This document shows positions 1-9,358 of a stretch of 64,000 bases of DNA, piece after piece. Source of the stretch: Lama glama. Taxonomy: Eukaryota. Where the stretch lies: positions 86,926,001-86,990,000 of the forward strand of contig CM052817.1 of assembly GCA_028534125.1 (NCBI GenBank). Reading direction: 5' to 3'. The position numbers and the translations under genes are program-made. Each line of letters begins with the position of its first letter. Position 1 is the stretch's first letter. The notes beneath the pieces were generated by a model. That model was given only the letters and a program-made list of their open reading frames with translations, was not told the origin of the DNA and searched no databases.

Positions 1-339
1 TACACGATATTCTGCACTTCAAAGCGGTCGTCAACTCCATCACCGAGGCTGTTAGTTATGTAATCACGGCCTCACTAAATTCTGGGGTTCACTGAAGGGA
101 GACTGAAAAATAAAAAGGGGAAGGGAAAAAAATCTAGATTGATACAGCAAGGAAGAAAGTACAGCGGTTACACTGAAGAGGCACTTTTAAAGGGCAAATT
201 TAAAGTGTTGTTTTGTTTTGTGGGTGACGGGGTGGGGCTATCAAATGATTCCAGAGTAAGGAGGCAGAGAAGGTTGTTAATGCCAATATCTGAATCTCGG
301 CCCAGGACAGAATACTCTTGCCATTGCCCTTGGCTGGAG

Positions 340-620
340 ATACTAAAAGGCAGGCGGACGGCCAGGCTCGTATCTATTCTCCCAGGCAGAAGACCCCGTT
401 GTTACCGCGCCGATACCAGGGCGCCTTGGAGACTAGAAGTCAGAGAGGCGAGACCTCTAGAGGACCCCGGCCGGCGTCGCCGGCGCGGATGCCGGCCTCT
501 GCGACCTAGGAAATCCTGCAGAGCCCCCAACAGGCGAGCCCTGCCGAAAGAGCTCCAAAGCAAAATTCTCTGGCTTGCCCTGTGCCGCTTTCGCCGCTAG
601 GAGACGCCTATAACCCACGT
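340..620. promoter_or_regulatory. Small upstream CpG-rich patch
   Basis: Locally high CpG density (e.g. ccggccggcgtcgccggcgcgg at about 467-488) flanked by AT-richer sequence. Confidence 0.5.
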
Positions 621-1739
621 TTGTGGAGAGAGTGCCTCTTCCAATCACAACTGCTATTAAAAAAAAAAAAAAAAGAAAGAAAAAAAAGAAAGCAGCTCAA
701 GTGTTACAGTGGATCAGTGGATGTAGTGATTATTTACAGGCAAATCTGGCCATCTCTCCACGTTCTCATCTCCACCTCTGGAAGTTCTCTGGCTCTCAGC
801 GAACGTCCAAAGTGCTCAAACTTCATCAATATTTTGAGAGCACAAACCCTCTCCCCCAAACAATTTCTGGATCTGCATTGTCATTCAGCCGCATGTCTCT
901 CACACGCAAACACGCGCGCACACGCGAGCGCACACAAGTGTTTCCGTACGTACAAATCAAACATTAGAAAATTACCGTCATTTAAAAATATGCTCCAAGA
1001 TTCTGATGAGTCAGCTTGAAGACCTCAAAACATTTCATTTCAATCCTGCGGATCTAAAGAAAAATATGGGAGGGGGATGGGAGGAGTATAACGTACAGAT
1101 GCAATGCTGTTATTAATATTCAGATACACTATAATCTCTTTTTCATTGATCCACAGGTCCTTTTATAAACTGCCGCTCCATTCTCAGCCGCAGACGTGAT
1201 GCTAAAATCATTTTAACTGCAGCGGTTTTCGCTCGGCTTTGGCCAGTCTTCAATTTACTGCAGCTGGAAAAGGATTAGCCATTTTTGCTGGCATCCTTCC
1301 CTTCTAACCGCTCAAAGGCAGGACCCATCTCCATGAAAGAGCCAAGGGGGCGGGGGGCTAGGGCAGTACACACGCAGTCGCGGGACTCGCAGGGACATGC
1401 CTCAGTCTACAATCAAACCCAAGGCCACTCGCCCTCCTTAATTCCCTGCCAGGAAGGAATGGCAACGTACCTTGGGATCGGGGAAACGACTCTTCTTTTC
1501 CTGCAGGTTGTGACGGTGTTACTCACAGGTCATTCATTCAGGAAGCCCCAAGGGACCTTCTTATCTTGTGGCGTAAAAAGGAAACTGAACAAGGGGTGGT
1601 TTGGTTGAATAAACAACCTTCTACAGCCCATTAATTAACATAAAATTATGTTTAAAAAAACATTTTCTCGGAGAATTAACATTCAATCCACTCTTCAGCA
1701 TTGAAGAGTTCGCGCTGTATTTTAACTTCATAAAAACTG

Positions 1740-3100
1740 GGTGCTTAGATGCGCCGCTTTCCCCCGGCGCCTCGGGAGTGAGCACTCAGCTCGTCAAGAG
1801 CATCCTTCGGGACCCAGAAGGGTATGTGGGAGGTGCTCGGTTGGGGCTTACACAGAGCGGTGCGCTGGACCAGGGAGGTTAGATACCAGCACTGTGAATG
1901 TGCAAGCGCGTTCGCAGATACCCGCAGCGGCACACACTCGAACCCCGCGTGTGCACGGCCCCTGGCCACGCACCACCCCCAACCCCGCCCCCGCCCGCAT
2001 TCCCGGCCGCCTAGCTGTCCTCATCCAGCGGTCTTGACCCAAGCTGGGCAAGAATCGGTGCACCGGCCTAGTTTAGGGCGCGGGGGCGGCGGGGGCGGGG
2101 GAGGTCCTCCAACTGTCAGAAAAAGCAGAAAAAAGCCTGTGCGCGCCGCCGCTGAGCCGCGCTTGGCCGAATGAGGCGCAGAGATATTCCAGGCGCCTTG
2201 CGGCTCCCTGCGGAGCTCAGTGCCCGATGCCCGGGAGTCGGACGTTGAGCGGGTGGGCTTGAAGGCAGAGCTCTAATGAAACTCCTCAGTCATTGATCAA
2301 AGCGCTCACAGCTCAAACCAGGTCCCCAGGCAAATTAATCTATTTGGTAAGAATATTGTGGGTATACGTTGAAAGGGAAAACGCAAGCCTAACACGACTG
2401 CACGTCTATAGGAGGTGCCAGCCCTCATCCCTGGGCGTGAATCCCCCGGCTTTTCAGGACCAATCTCCGCCCCATACTCCAACTGCTTCACCCCTTTCCA
2501 CACGGCGCTTTCAGACCCTCACACTTAGTTTGACACGGGCCATGTTATGTCTGTTTTTCAAATGTCCTGCCAATCTCGCCAGAGTCCCTTAATTAGTAAC
2601 CTTTGCCAATTAGTGGCCCCTCTGCAACTTTTTCCTGTTTTCGGTGACTTACTTCCAAGATCAGTAGCAAGGAAAATACCTTAAAGGAAAAAGAATGTTA
2701 GCGTCATTGGAAACCCCGCTCCTGGGAGAAGATACCGCTGCTGCTATTATGTTTTCGCATTTGCTGATGCAAACAGGGGAACCTCTTTATTCCCTTTCCA
2801 TTACCTGCTGCTGGGGACTGGGAACTTTCCGCGGCAGAGTCCCCAGCTAGCGCCTCGGGACCTGCCGGGCTGTTCTCGCTCTCACACTCACACTCACCCA
2901 GGCAGCCGGGGCGCGGGTTCTATCCCGCCCGGCCCGGCTGCCTAGTGACGCGCCTGCTTGACGGCCAGTTTGGCCAATTAGCGGCGGCTCGGTGGGTGGT
3001 GCTCCTCAGCGATTGGTTGGCAGAATGAGGGCGCTGCGCAAAAACAGAGAAGCGAGGCGCTCGGAGCTCAGAAACTGCCAGCCGAGATCACAGTCTCTAC
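1740..3100. promoter_or_regulatory. CpG island / PCDH10 promoter with CCAAT boxes and GC boxes
   Basis: Dense CpG and high GC. CCAAT at 2974-2978 and ATTGG at 3012-3016. GGGGCGGGG boxes near 1983-1998 (reverse) and 2082-2101. Lies just upstream of the purine-rich leader of exon 1. Confidence 0.8.
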
Positions 3101-3465
3101 GGCTGAGGCAGAGGAGGGAAGGACTGAAAGGAAGAGAGACAGGTTAGAGGGAAGAAGAGGCTTGGTAAGGAAATAGAGGAAAAGCAACTGCTCATCACAC
3201 TTACAGAGAGGCAAACGGCGGTGGAGATGAGGACAGAGAGAGGCAAGACTATGAAAGCCAAAAATCACAAATAGAACGAAAGAGAAAAAAATGCCAAGAA
3301 GAACATCCACCCGGAGAAATGAAGAGAATGAAAGTTTTATGCTGCAGAGCCATTCTGGGCTTTTCCGGCACAAAATTCTCTAGCTGTTTTTAAGCTCTTT
3401 TGCATTTGCCAGCCCATTTGCCAGCCGTTGACATTAAGAGGCATGTTCAGCGGTGCCAACAGCAT

Positions 3466-3539
3466 CTCCTCTTCCTTCTCCTCTTCCTCTTCATCTTCCT
3501 CCTCCTCCTTCTCCTTCTTTTCCTCCTCCTTCTCCTCCC
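3466..3539 (+). repeat. (TCC/TCT)n pyrimidine low-complexity repeat in the 5' leader
   Basis: Directly visible near-pure pyrimidine triplet tract. Confidence 0.9.
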
Positions 3540-3930
3540 ATCAGCAAGAAGACAAACCGAGGACAGTCTTTAAATATCGAAATTTCCTCCTTGGGATTTG
3601 CCAGCGCCGCGTTGCGCCAAGACTGTCGGAATAAAGGAGGCTGACTATTGTATTATTATTTTATTAATTGGTCATTGGGAAGATTACTGATGAGGAAAAG
3701 GGACGCCCGTCACCCTTCCTGCACTAAGATTGAAAAATGAGGCTGAATTGGGGGAAACCCTAAAATGAAGCGAAAGGAATAAGATTGTTAAGGACAGAAA
3801 GCCACAGGAGACCCCCACATAGCGCACTTTTATTTTTATTTTTTATTTGAGATTTCTTTTTTTCGTGGTGGTGGGGGAAGTGATTGGGTGGCTGACTGGC
3901 TGCGGGAAGCTGCTTCCTTTCCCTTTGGAG

Positions 3931-6558
3931 ATGATTGTGCTATTATTCTTTGCCTTGCTCTGGATGGTGGAAGGAGTCTTTTCCCAGCTTCACTACACGG
4001 TGCAGGAGGAGCAGGAACATGGCACTTTCGTGGGGAATATCGCTGAAGATCTGGGCTTGGACATTACAAAACTTTCGGCTCGCGGCTTTCAAACGGCGCC
4101 CAACTCTCGGACCCCTTACTTGGACCTCAACCTGGAGACCGGGGTGCTGTACGTGAACGAAAAGATAGACCGCGAGCAAATCTGCAAGCAGAGCCCCTCC
4201 TGCGTCCTGCACCTGGAAGTCTTCCTGGAGAACCCCCTGGAGCTATTCCGGGTGGAGATCGAGGTGCTGGACATCAATGACAACCCCCCCTCCTTCCCGG
4301 AGCCGGACCTGACCGTGGAGATCTCTGAGAGCGCCACGCCGGGCACCCGCTTCCCCTTGGAGAGCGCATTCGACCCAGACGTGGGCACCAACTCCTTGCG
4401 CGACTACGAGATCACCCCCAACAGCTATTTCTCCCTGGACGTGCAGACCCAGGGGGATGGCAACCGATTCGCCGAGCTGGTGCTGGAGAAGCCGCTGGAC
4501 CGAGAGCAGCAAGCGGTGCACCGCTACGTGCTGACCGCGGTGGACGGGGGAGGAGGGGGAGGAGGAGAAGGAGGAGGCGGCGGTGGGGGAGGGGGCCTGC
4601 TCCCCCAGCAGCAGCGCACCGGCACGGCCCTACTCACCATCCGAGTGCTGGACTCCAACGACAATGTGCCCGCCTTCGACCAACCCGTCTACACTGTGTC
4701 CCTGCCAGAGAACTCGCCGCCGGGCACGCTAGTGATCCAGCTTAACGCCACAGACCCAGATGAGGGCCAGAATGGCGAGGTCGTGTACTCCTTCAGCAGC
4801 CACATTTCGCCCCGGGCGCGGGAGCTCTTCGGACTCTCCCCTCGCACTGGACGGCTGGAGGTGAGCGGCGAGCTGGACTACGAAGAGAGCCCAGTGTACC
4901 AAGTGTACGTACAAGCCAAGGACCTGGGCCCCAACGCCGTGCCCGCGCACTGCAAGGTGATCGTGAGAGTGCTGGATGCTAACGACAACGCGCCTGAGAT
5001 CAGCTTCAGCACCGTGAAGGAGGCGGTGAGCGAGGGCGCGGCGCCCGGCACAGTGGTGGCCTTGTTCAGCGTGACCGACCGCGACTCAGAAGAGAATGGG
5101 CAGGTGCAGTGCGAGCTGCTGGGGGATGTGCCGTTCCGCCTCAAGTCTTCCTTCAAAAACTACTATACCATTGTGACCGAGGCTCCTCTGGACCGAGAGG
5201 CGGGAGACTCCTACACCCTGACCGTGGTGGCTCGGGACCGGGGAGAGCCTGCGCTCTCCACCAGTAAGTCGATCCAGGTGCAAGTGTCAGATGTGAACGA
5301 CAACGCACCGCGGTTCAGCCAGCCGGTCTACGACGTGTATGTGACCGAGAACAACGTGCCGGGCGCCTACATCTACGCGGTGAGCGCCACAGACCGTGAT
5401 GAGGGCGCCAACGCCCAGCTAGCCTACTCTATCCTCGAGTGCCAGATCCAGGGCATGAGCGTCTTCACTTACGTGTCCATCAACTCCGAGAACGGCTACT
5501 TGTACGCCCTGCGCTCCTTCGACTACGAACAGCTCAAGGACTTCAGCTTCCAAGTGGAAGCCCGGGACGCGGGCAGCCCCCAGGCGCTGGCTGGCAACGC
5601 CACTGTCAACATCCTCATCGTGGATCAGAACGACAACGCCCCTGCCATCGTGGCGCCCCTTCCAGGGCGCAACGGGACTCCGGCACGCGAAGTGCTGCCC
5701 CGCTCGGCGGAGCCGGGTTACCTGCTGACCCGCGTGGCCGCGGTGGACGCGGACGACGGCGAGAATGCCCGGCTCACCTACAGCATTGTGCGGGGCAACG
5801 AAATGAACCTCTTCCGCATGGACTGGCGCACGGGAGAGCTCCGCACGGCACGCCGGGTGCCGGCCAAGCGCGACCCCCAGCGGCCTTATGAGCTGGTGAT
5901 CGAGGTGCGCGACCACGGGCAGCCTCCCCTGTCCTCCACCGCCACCCTGGTGGTGCAGCTGGTGGATGGTGCTGTCGAGCCCCAGGGTGGGAGCGGGGGC
6001 GGTGGCGGGGGGTCAGGAGAGCACCAGCGCCCCAGCCGCTCCGGCGGCGGGGAGACCTCGCTGGACCTCACCCTCATCCTCATCATCGCGCTGGGCTCGG
6101 TGTCCTTCATCTTCCTCCTGGCCATGATAGTGCTTGCTGTGCGTTGCCAAAAAGAGAAGAAGCTCAACATCTACACGTGTCTGGCCAGCGACTGCTGTCT
6201 TTGCTGCTGCTGCTGTGGCGGTGGGGGCTCGACCTGCTGCGGCCGCCAAGCCCGGGCGCGCAAGAAGAAACTCAGCAAGTCGGACATCATGCTGGTGCAA
6301 AGCTCCAACGTACCCAGTAACCCGGCCCAAGTGCCGGTGGAGGAGTCCGGGGGCTTTGGCTCCCATCACCACAACCAGAATTACTGCTACCAGGTCTGCC
6401 TGACCCCTGAGTCCGCCAAGACCGACCTGATGTTCCTTAAGCCCTGCAGCCCTTCGCGGAGTACGGACACTGAGCACAACCCCTGCGGGGCTATCGTCAC
6501 GGGTTACACAGACCAGCAGCCCGACATCATCTCCAACGGAAGCATTTTGTCCAACGAG
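3931..6558 (+). CDS. PCDH10: Protocadherin-10 coding exon 1 (signal peptide, six cadherin repeats, transmembrane helix, proximal cytoplasmic region; 876 codons)
   Basis: ATG at 3931 (ttggagATGa) starts MIVLLFFALLWMVEGVFSQLHY. Repeated cadherin Ca-binding motifs (DINDNPP, DSNDNVP, DANDNAP, DVNDNAP, DQNDNAP; LDRE/LDYE). TM segment LILIIALGSVSFIFLLAMIVLAV. Gly-rich insert in EC2 typical of PCDH10. Donor GAG|GTAAGG at 6558/6559. The ORF-track start at 3847 is a TTG and not the real start. Confidence 0.98.
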
Positions 6559-6618
6559 GTAAGGCTGAAGCGAAAGGACCACCATCTCTCATCTCCTCCA
6601 TCTGAAAGCCTCCTCTAG
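3931..6618 (+). CDS. PCDH10: PCDH10 short isoform (895 aa): exon 1 read-through into intron 1, ending VRLKRKDHHLSSPPSESLL
   Basis: The frame stays open for 19 codons past the exon 1 donor, to TAG at 6616-6618. Downstream AATAAA at 7004-7009 and 7684-7689. A short single-coding-exon PCDH10 isoform is known in mammals. Confidence 0.8.
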   Translation: MIVLLFFALLWMVEGVFSQLHYTVQEEQEHGTFVGNIAEDLGLDITKLSARGFQTAPNSRTPYLDLNLETGVLYVNEKIDREQICKQSPSCVLHLEVFLENPLELFRVEIEVLDINDNPPSFPEPDLTVEISESATPGTRFPLESAFDPDVGTNSLRDYEITPNSYFSLDVQTQGDGNRFAELVLEKPLDREQQAVHRYVLTAVDGGGGGGGEGGGGGGGGGLLPQQQRTGTALLTIRVLDSNDNVPAFDQPVYTVSLPENSPPGTLVIQLNATDPDEGQNGEVVYSFSSHISPRARELFGLSPRTGRLEVSGELDYEESPVYQVYVQAKDLGPNAVPAHCKVIVRVLDANDNAPEISFSTVKEAVSEGAAPGTVVALFSVTDRDSEENGQVQCELLGDVPFRLKSSFKNYYTIVTEAPLDREAGDSYTLTVVARDRGEPALSTSKSIQVQVSDVNDNAPRFSQPVYDVYVTENNVPGAYIYAVSATDRDEGANAQLAYSILECQIQGMSVFTYVSINSENGYLYALRSFDYEQLKDFSFQVEARDAGSPQALAGNATVNILIVDQNDNAPAIVAPLPGRNGTPAREVLPRSAEPGYLLTRVAAVDADDGENARLTYSIVRGNEMNLFRMDWRTGELRTARRVPAKRDPQRPYELVIEVRDHGQPPLSSTATLVVQLVDGAVEPQGGSGGGGGGSGEHQRPSRSGGGETSLDLTLILIIALGSVSFIFLLAMIVLAVRCQKEKKLNIYTCLASDCCLCCCCCGGGGSTCCGRQARARKKKLSKSDIMLVQSSNVPSNPAQVPVEESGGFGSHHHNQNYCYQVCLTPESAKTDLMFLKPCSPSRSTDTEHNPCGAIVTGYTDQQPDIISNGSILSNEVRLKRKDHHLSSPPSESLL

Positions 6619-8176
6619 CTCAGCCCTTGTATCTCTGGTGCACTGTGTATTTATATTTAGGATATTAGTTTGTTTGTATTTTTATGGGGACAGGAATGGG
6701 GGAATCACCTCTCCTACCCCTTCGTGTGTAACTTAAACTTCGTGTTGTCCCTAATTTTCTGCGCTCCACCCCTTCACGTTTATTTTCATCGCCCCCTCTC
6801 CCCCCTTTGGTGCTTTGCCACCTTGGACCTTCCTTCTTTCCTCTGGCATCTTTCCTTTAAAATCCTAAGCCCCCTCTGAGTCCTTTCTCTGCTTAGAAAC
6901 CTGGGGGTTAAGGGGGAAGTGCGCGGGGGGAGAGGAAAATGGGGTGGAGGGACTTTCTGGCTCTGCCAAAGGTCTTTTTCGCTTTGCATTTGTCCCAGGA
7001 GTTAATAAAGTTAACTGTTTTGCTTTGTTTATCAGTGCTTTCAGTCGCGTGTAAAAGTAAGCTATAGATTGTTTAACTTTGCACAGTTGTCTAAACTCGA
7101 ATGCATGTTTTAGTGAATGAGTTATCAGATCCTTGTCCTCTGAACTCGGGTTCCAGAAAAGCCTTCAGTTCTGCTCTGGACAGCATTTACAGACGCTCTT
7201 GAAGCCGAACGCCCACACAGTGTGAATTTGAATGAAGTTGCTTTGGCACAAACCCCTGTAAGCGTAAACTAACGGAAGGCTTAAACAGTTGTTGTCTTAA
7301 ATACACCTTTTAGCTAATAATCGCCTTCTTGCCACCGTTCTTGACAAATCACTGCTATTGGCTTTCTTCATCAAAGAATTTGCCTTGTCAATTCCGATTT
7401 CTTCTTATAAGATGAAGAAGTGGCGAAGTTGAAAGGAGGGAGGGAGCGGGAGAACAGTCGATTTATGTAAAAGAAAGTTTGGACCGGAAAAGGTGTGTGG
7501 GTGGTGGAGGCGGGAGGGGACTGCAGAGGCTATTGGGAGGGGAAAAGAATTGGGGCCAGGATGGGAGGGAGGATTATGAACTCCCTTCTTGGCAGGTTAT
7601 TTAATTTATTTGAGTCTTAGATATTATTAATTGACTTTCATGAATATTTGTACAGCTCATTTGTATCTTAAGCACATTTTGAAAATAAACAACAAAATAA
7701 TTCCATAAAACATCCAAACTTTTTGCTTATTGAGCGTGCTGTTTTTCTTGTGTCAACCAGTATGCACCTAAACACTTTTTTAGACCACTGAAAGAAAGAC
7801 TGCAGCATATAACTAGGTTGACTCTAGTAGAGACAACAGTTTATGAGCCCCAGCTATGAGGTCATTTGCATTCTTTCCTTAAAACACATACACACACACA
7901 CACATTTAAAATTGGCCTTTTATTTCTGCAATTTTTTTAACCTTTACTGAAGGTAACCTTTTTTTTTAACCTTTTACTGAAAATCTATATTGCAGTATCT
8001 CTACATATCTTCTTGCCTTTAGCCAGCAATCACTAGTCCAAGGTTTTAGGACAGCTTAGAAACTCATCAAAATGTACACAATTACTTAAGCTAGAATTCA
8101 TTCTGAACATCAAAAGCAGACTGTCAGTTAAACCCTTAGCATTCAAATGCTCTTGATTTATTTATTTTTTTTCTAG

Positions 8177-8235
8177 ACTAAACACCAGCGAGCAGAGCTC
8201 AGCTATCTAGTTGACAGACCTCGCCGAGTTAACAG
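8177..8235 (+). CDS. PCDH10: PCDH10 coding exon 2 (59 nt; TKHQRAELSYLVDRPRRVN-S)
   Basis: Poly-T tract + ctag acceptor ending 8176. Donor CAG|GTATGG at 8235/8236. In frame with exon 1 (phase 0 in, phase 2 out). Confidence 0.95.
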
Positions 8236-8519
8236 GTATGGACTTTTTTTTCTAGTTTGGTGAATGGACAGTTTACTATCTACTAAAAGTGGGAATTAGG
8301 TATATCATTCAATATGAAAATAGAAACCGGATAAAATATTTCCAGTTAGCGCAGAACATAAATATTCATTATGTTGGGTTTCCTAGACAATAAAGTAAAA
8401 GTAAAAAATAGGGGTGTATTTCATTTATATATAACTACTAAATGTAGTTGAATAGTTTGTCGGTTTACACTCCTACACTGCTTCTGATAATCTTCCTGTT
8501 CCAGGTATATATATACATG

Positions 8520-8542
8520 CACACACACACACACACACACAC
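8520..8542. repeat. (CA)n microsatellite
   Basis: About 11 CA units. Confidence 0.95.
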
Positions 8543-8811
8543 CCCTCTTCTATGAAAATGATATAAACATATGCTTAGTTTCAATCATAAAATCCTGACT
8601 AAACTACATGCCTTAAGGACTCAAACTGACTTATTATGTTCAATTTTAGAAAGTTAGGCTTAAGGTTAAGAAAACAAGCTTTGCACAGAAAAGAGACACC
8701 TGAGAGCTTGAGGCATCTGCAGCACCATCGGTGACCATGTGGTGGCAGAAGAATGTTTTCTTTGTTTCTTCACCTTTTTTTATTCTAATCTTCACATTTT
8801 TGTACTTCTAG

Positions 8812-8918
8812 TTCTGCATTCCAAGAAGCCGACATAGTAAGCTCTAAGGACAGTGGTCATGGAGACAGTGAACAGGGAGATAGTGATCATGATGCTACCA
8901 ACCGCGGCCAGTCAGCTG
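8812..8918 (+). CDS. PCDH10: PCDH10 coding exon 3 (107 nt; SAFQEADIVSSKDSGHGDSEQGDSDHDATNRGQSA; delta-protocadherin CM1 motif)
   Basis: Pyrimidine tract + ctag acceptor ending 8811. Donor CTG|GTAAGT at 8918/8919. Encodes DSGHGDSEQGDSD (CM1). Frame continuous with exon 2. Confidence 0.96.
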
Positions 8919-9254
8919 GTAAGTGTGATCGGAGTGCAATGCTGACTTTTATGGGTTTTTTTTTTTTTAAATAAATCCTGAAAGGATGATGTTCTAGGTA
9001 ATTTTTAATGTTAGTAAATCTACAGAAAAATGATGCCATCCTATGATGATAATTGTACACTCACAGAGGATTGTAAAAATGTAACGTTCCTTTGGAGAAT
9101 GAAAGTTAGAAATTCATTGTGGCATCTGTTAGAATATGAAACATTCTTCCTTATATAATTTTTTTAATGGAATTATATTGTGTACAAAAAGTTGTGGATT
9201 TCTCATTTGGTCCAGTCCTCAGTCTTCAGTCAATTAAGGTATTATTAGACTTGT

Positions 9255-9358
9255 TTATGGATGAGGTAACTGAGGATAAATGGAATTGACTGACCTGCGC
9301 AAAGTCACAGAGGATAAGTGGATGACTGGAGACCAGAATCCAAATTTCTTGCCTTCCA
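9255..9358 (-). mobile_element. MIR SINE fragment
   Basis: ttatggatgaggtaactgagg...aaagtcacagag...agaatccaaatttct resembles the reverse MIR core (gatgaggaaactgagg...aaggtcacacag). Confidence 0.7.

Noticed and set aside
139..2592. ORFs in the upstream CpG-rich region
   Set aside because: Low-complexity Arg/Pro/Gly products, mostly non-ATG starts, no domain similarity.
2820..2830. GGGAACTTTCC NF-kB-like site
   Set aside because: Single imperfect short motif; cannot be supported from sequence alone.
3847..3930. 28-codon in-frame extension upstream of the PCDH10 ATG in the ORF track
   Set aside because: Starts at TTG. The ATG at 3931 has a purine at -3 and begins a normal signal peptide.
3935..6585. 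Alternative-frame and antisense ORFs overlapping exon 1
   Set aside because: Expected from GC-rich codon bias with few off-frame stops; no recognisable protein features.
8718..8737. REST/NRSE half-site CAGCACC
   Set aside because: The second half (GGACAG) is missing; a CTCF upstream-module reading fits better.
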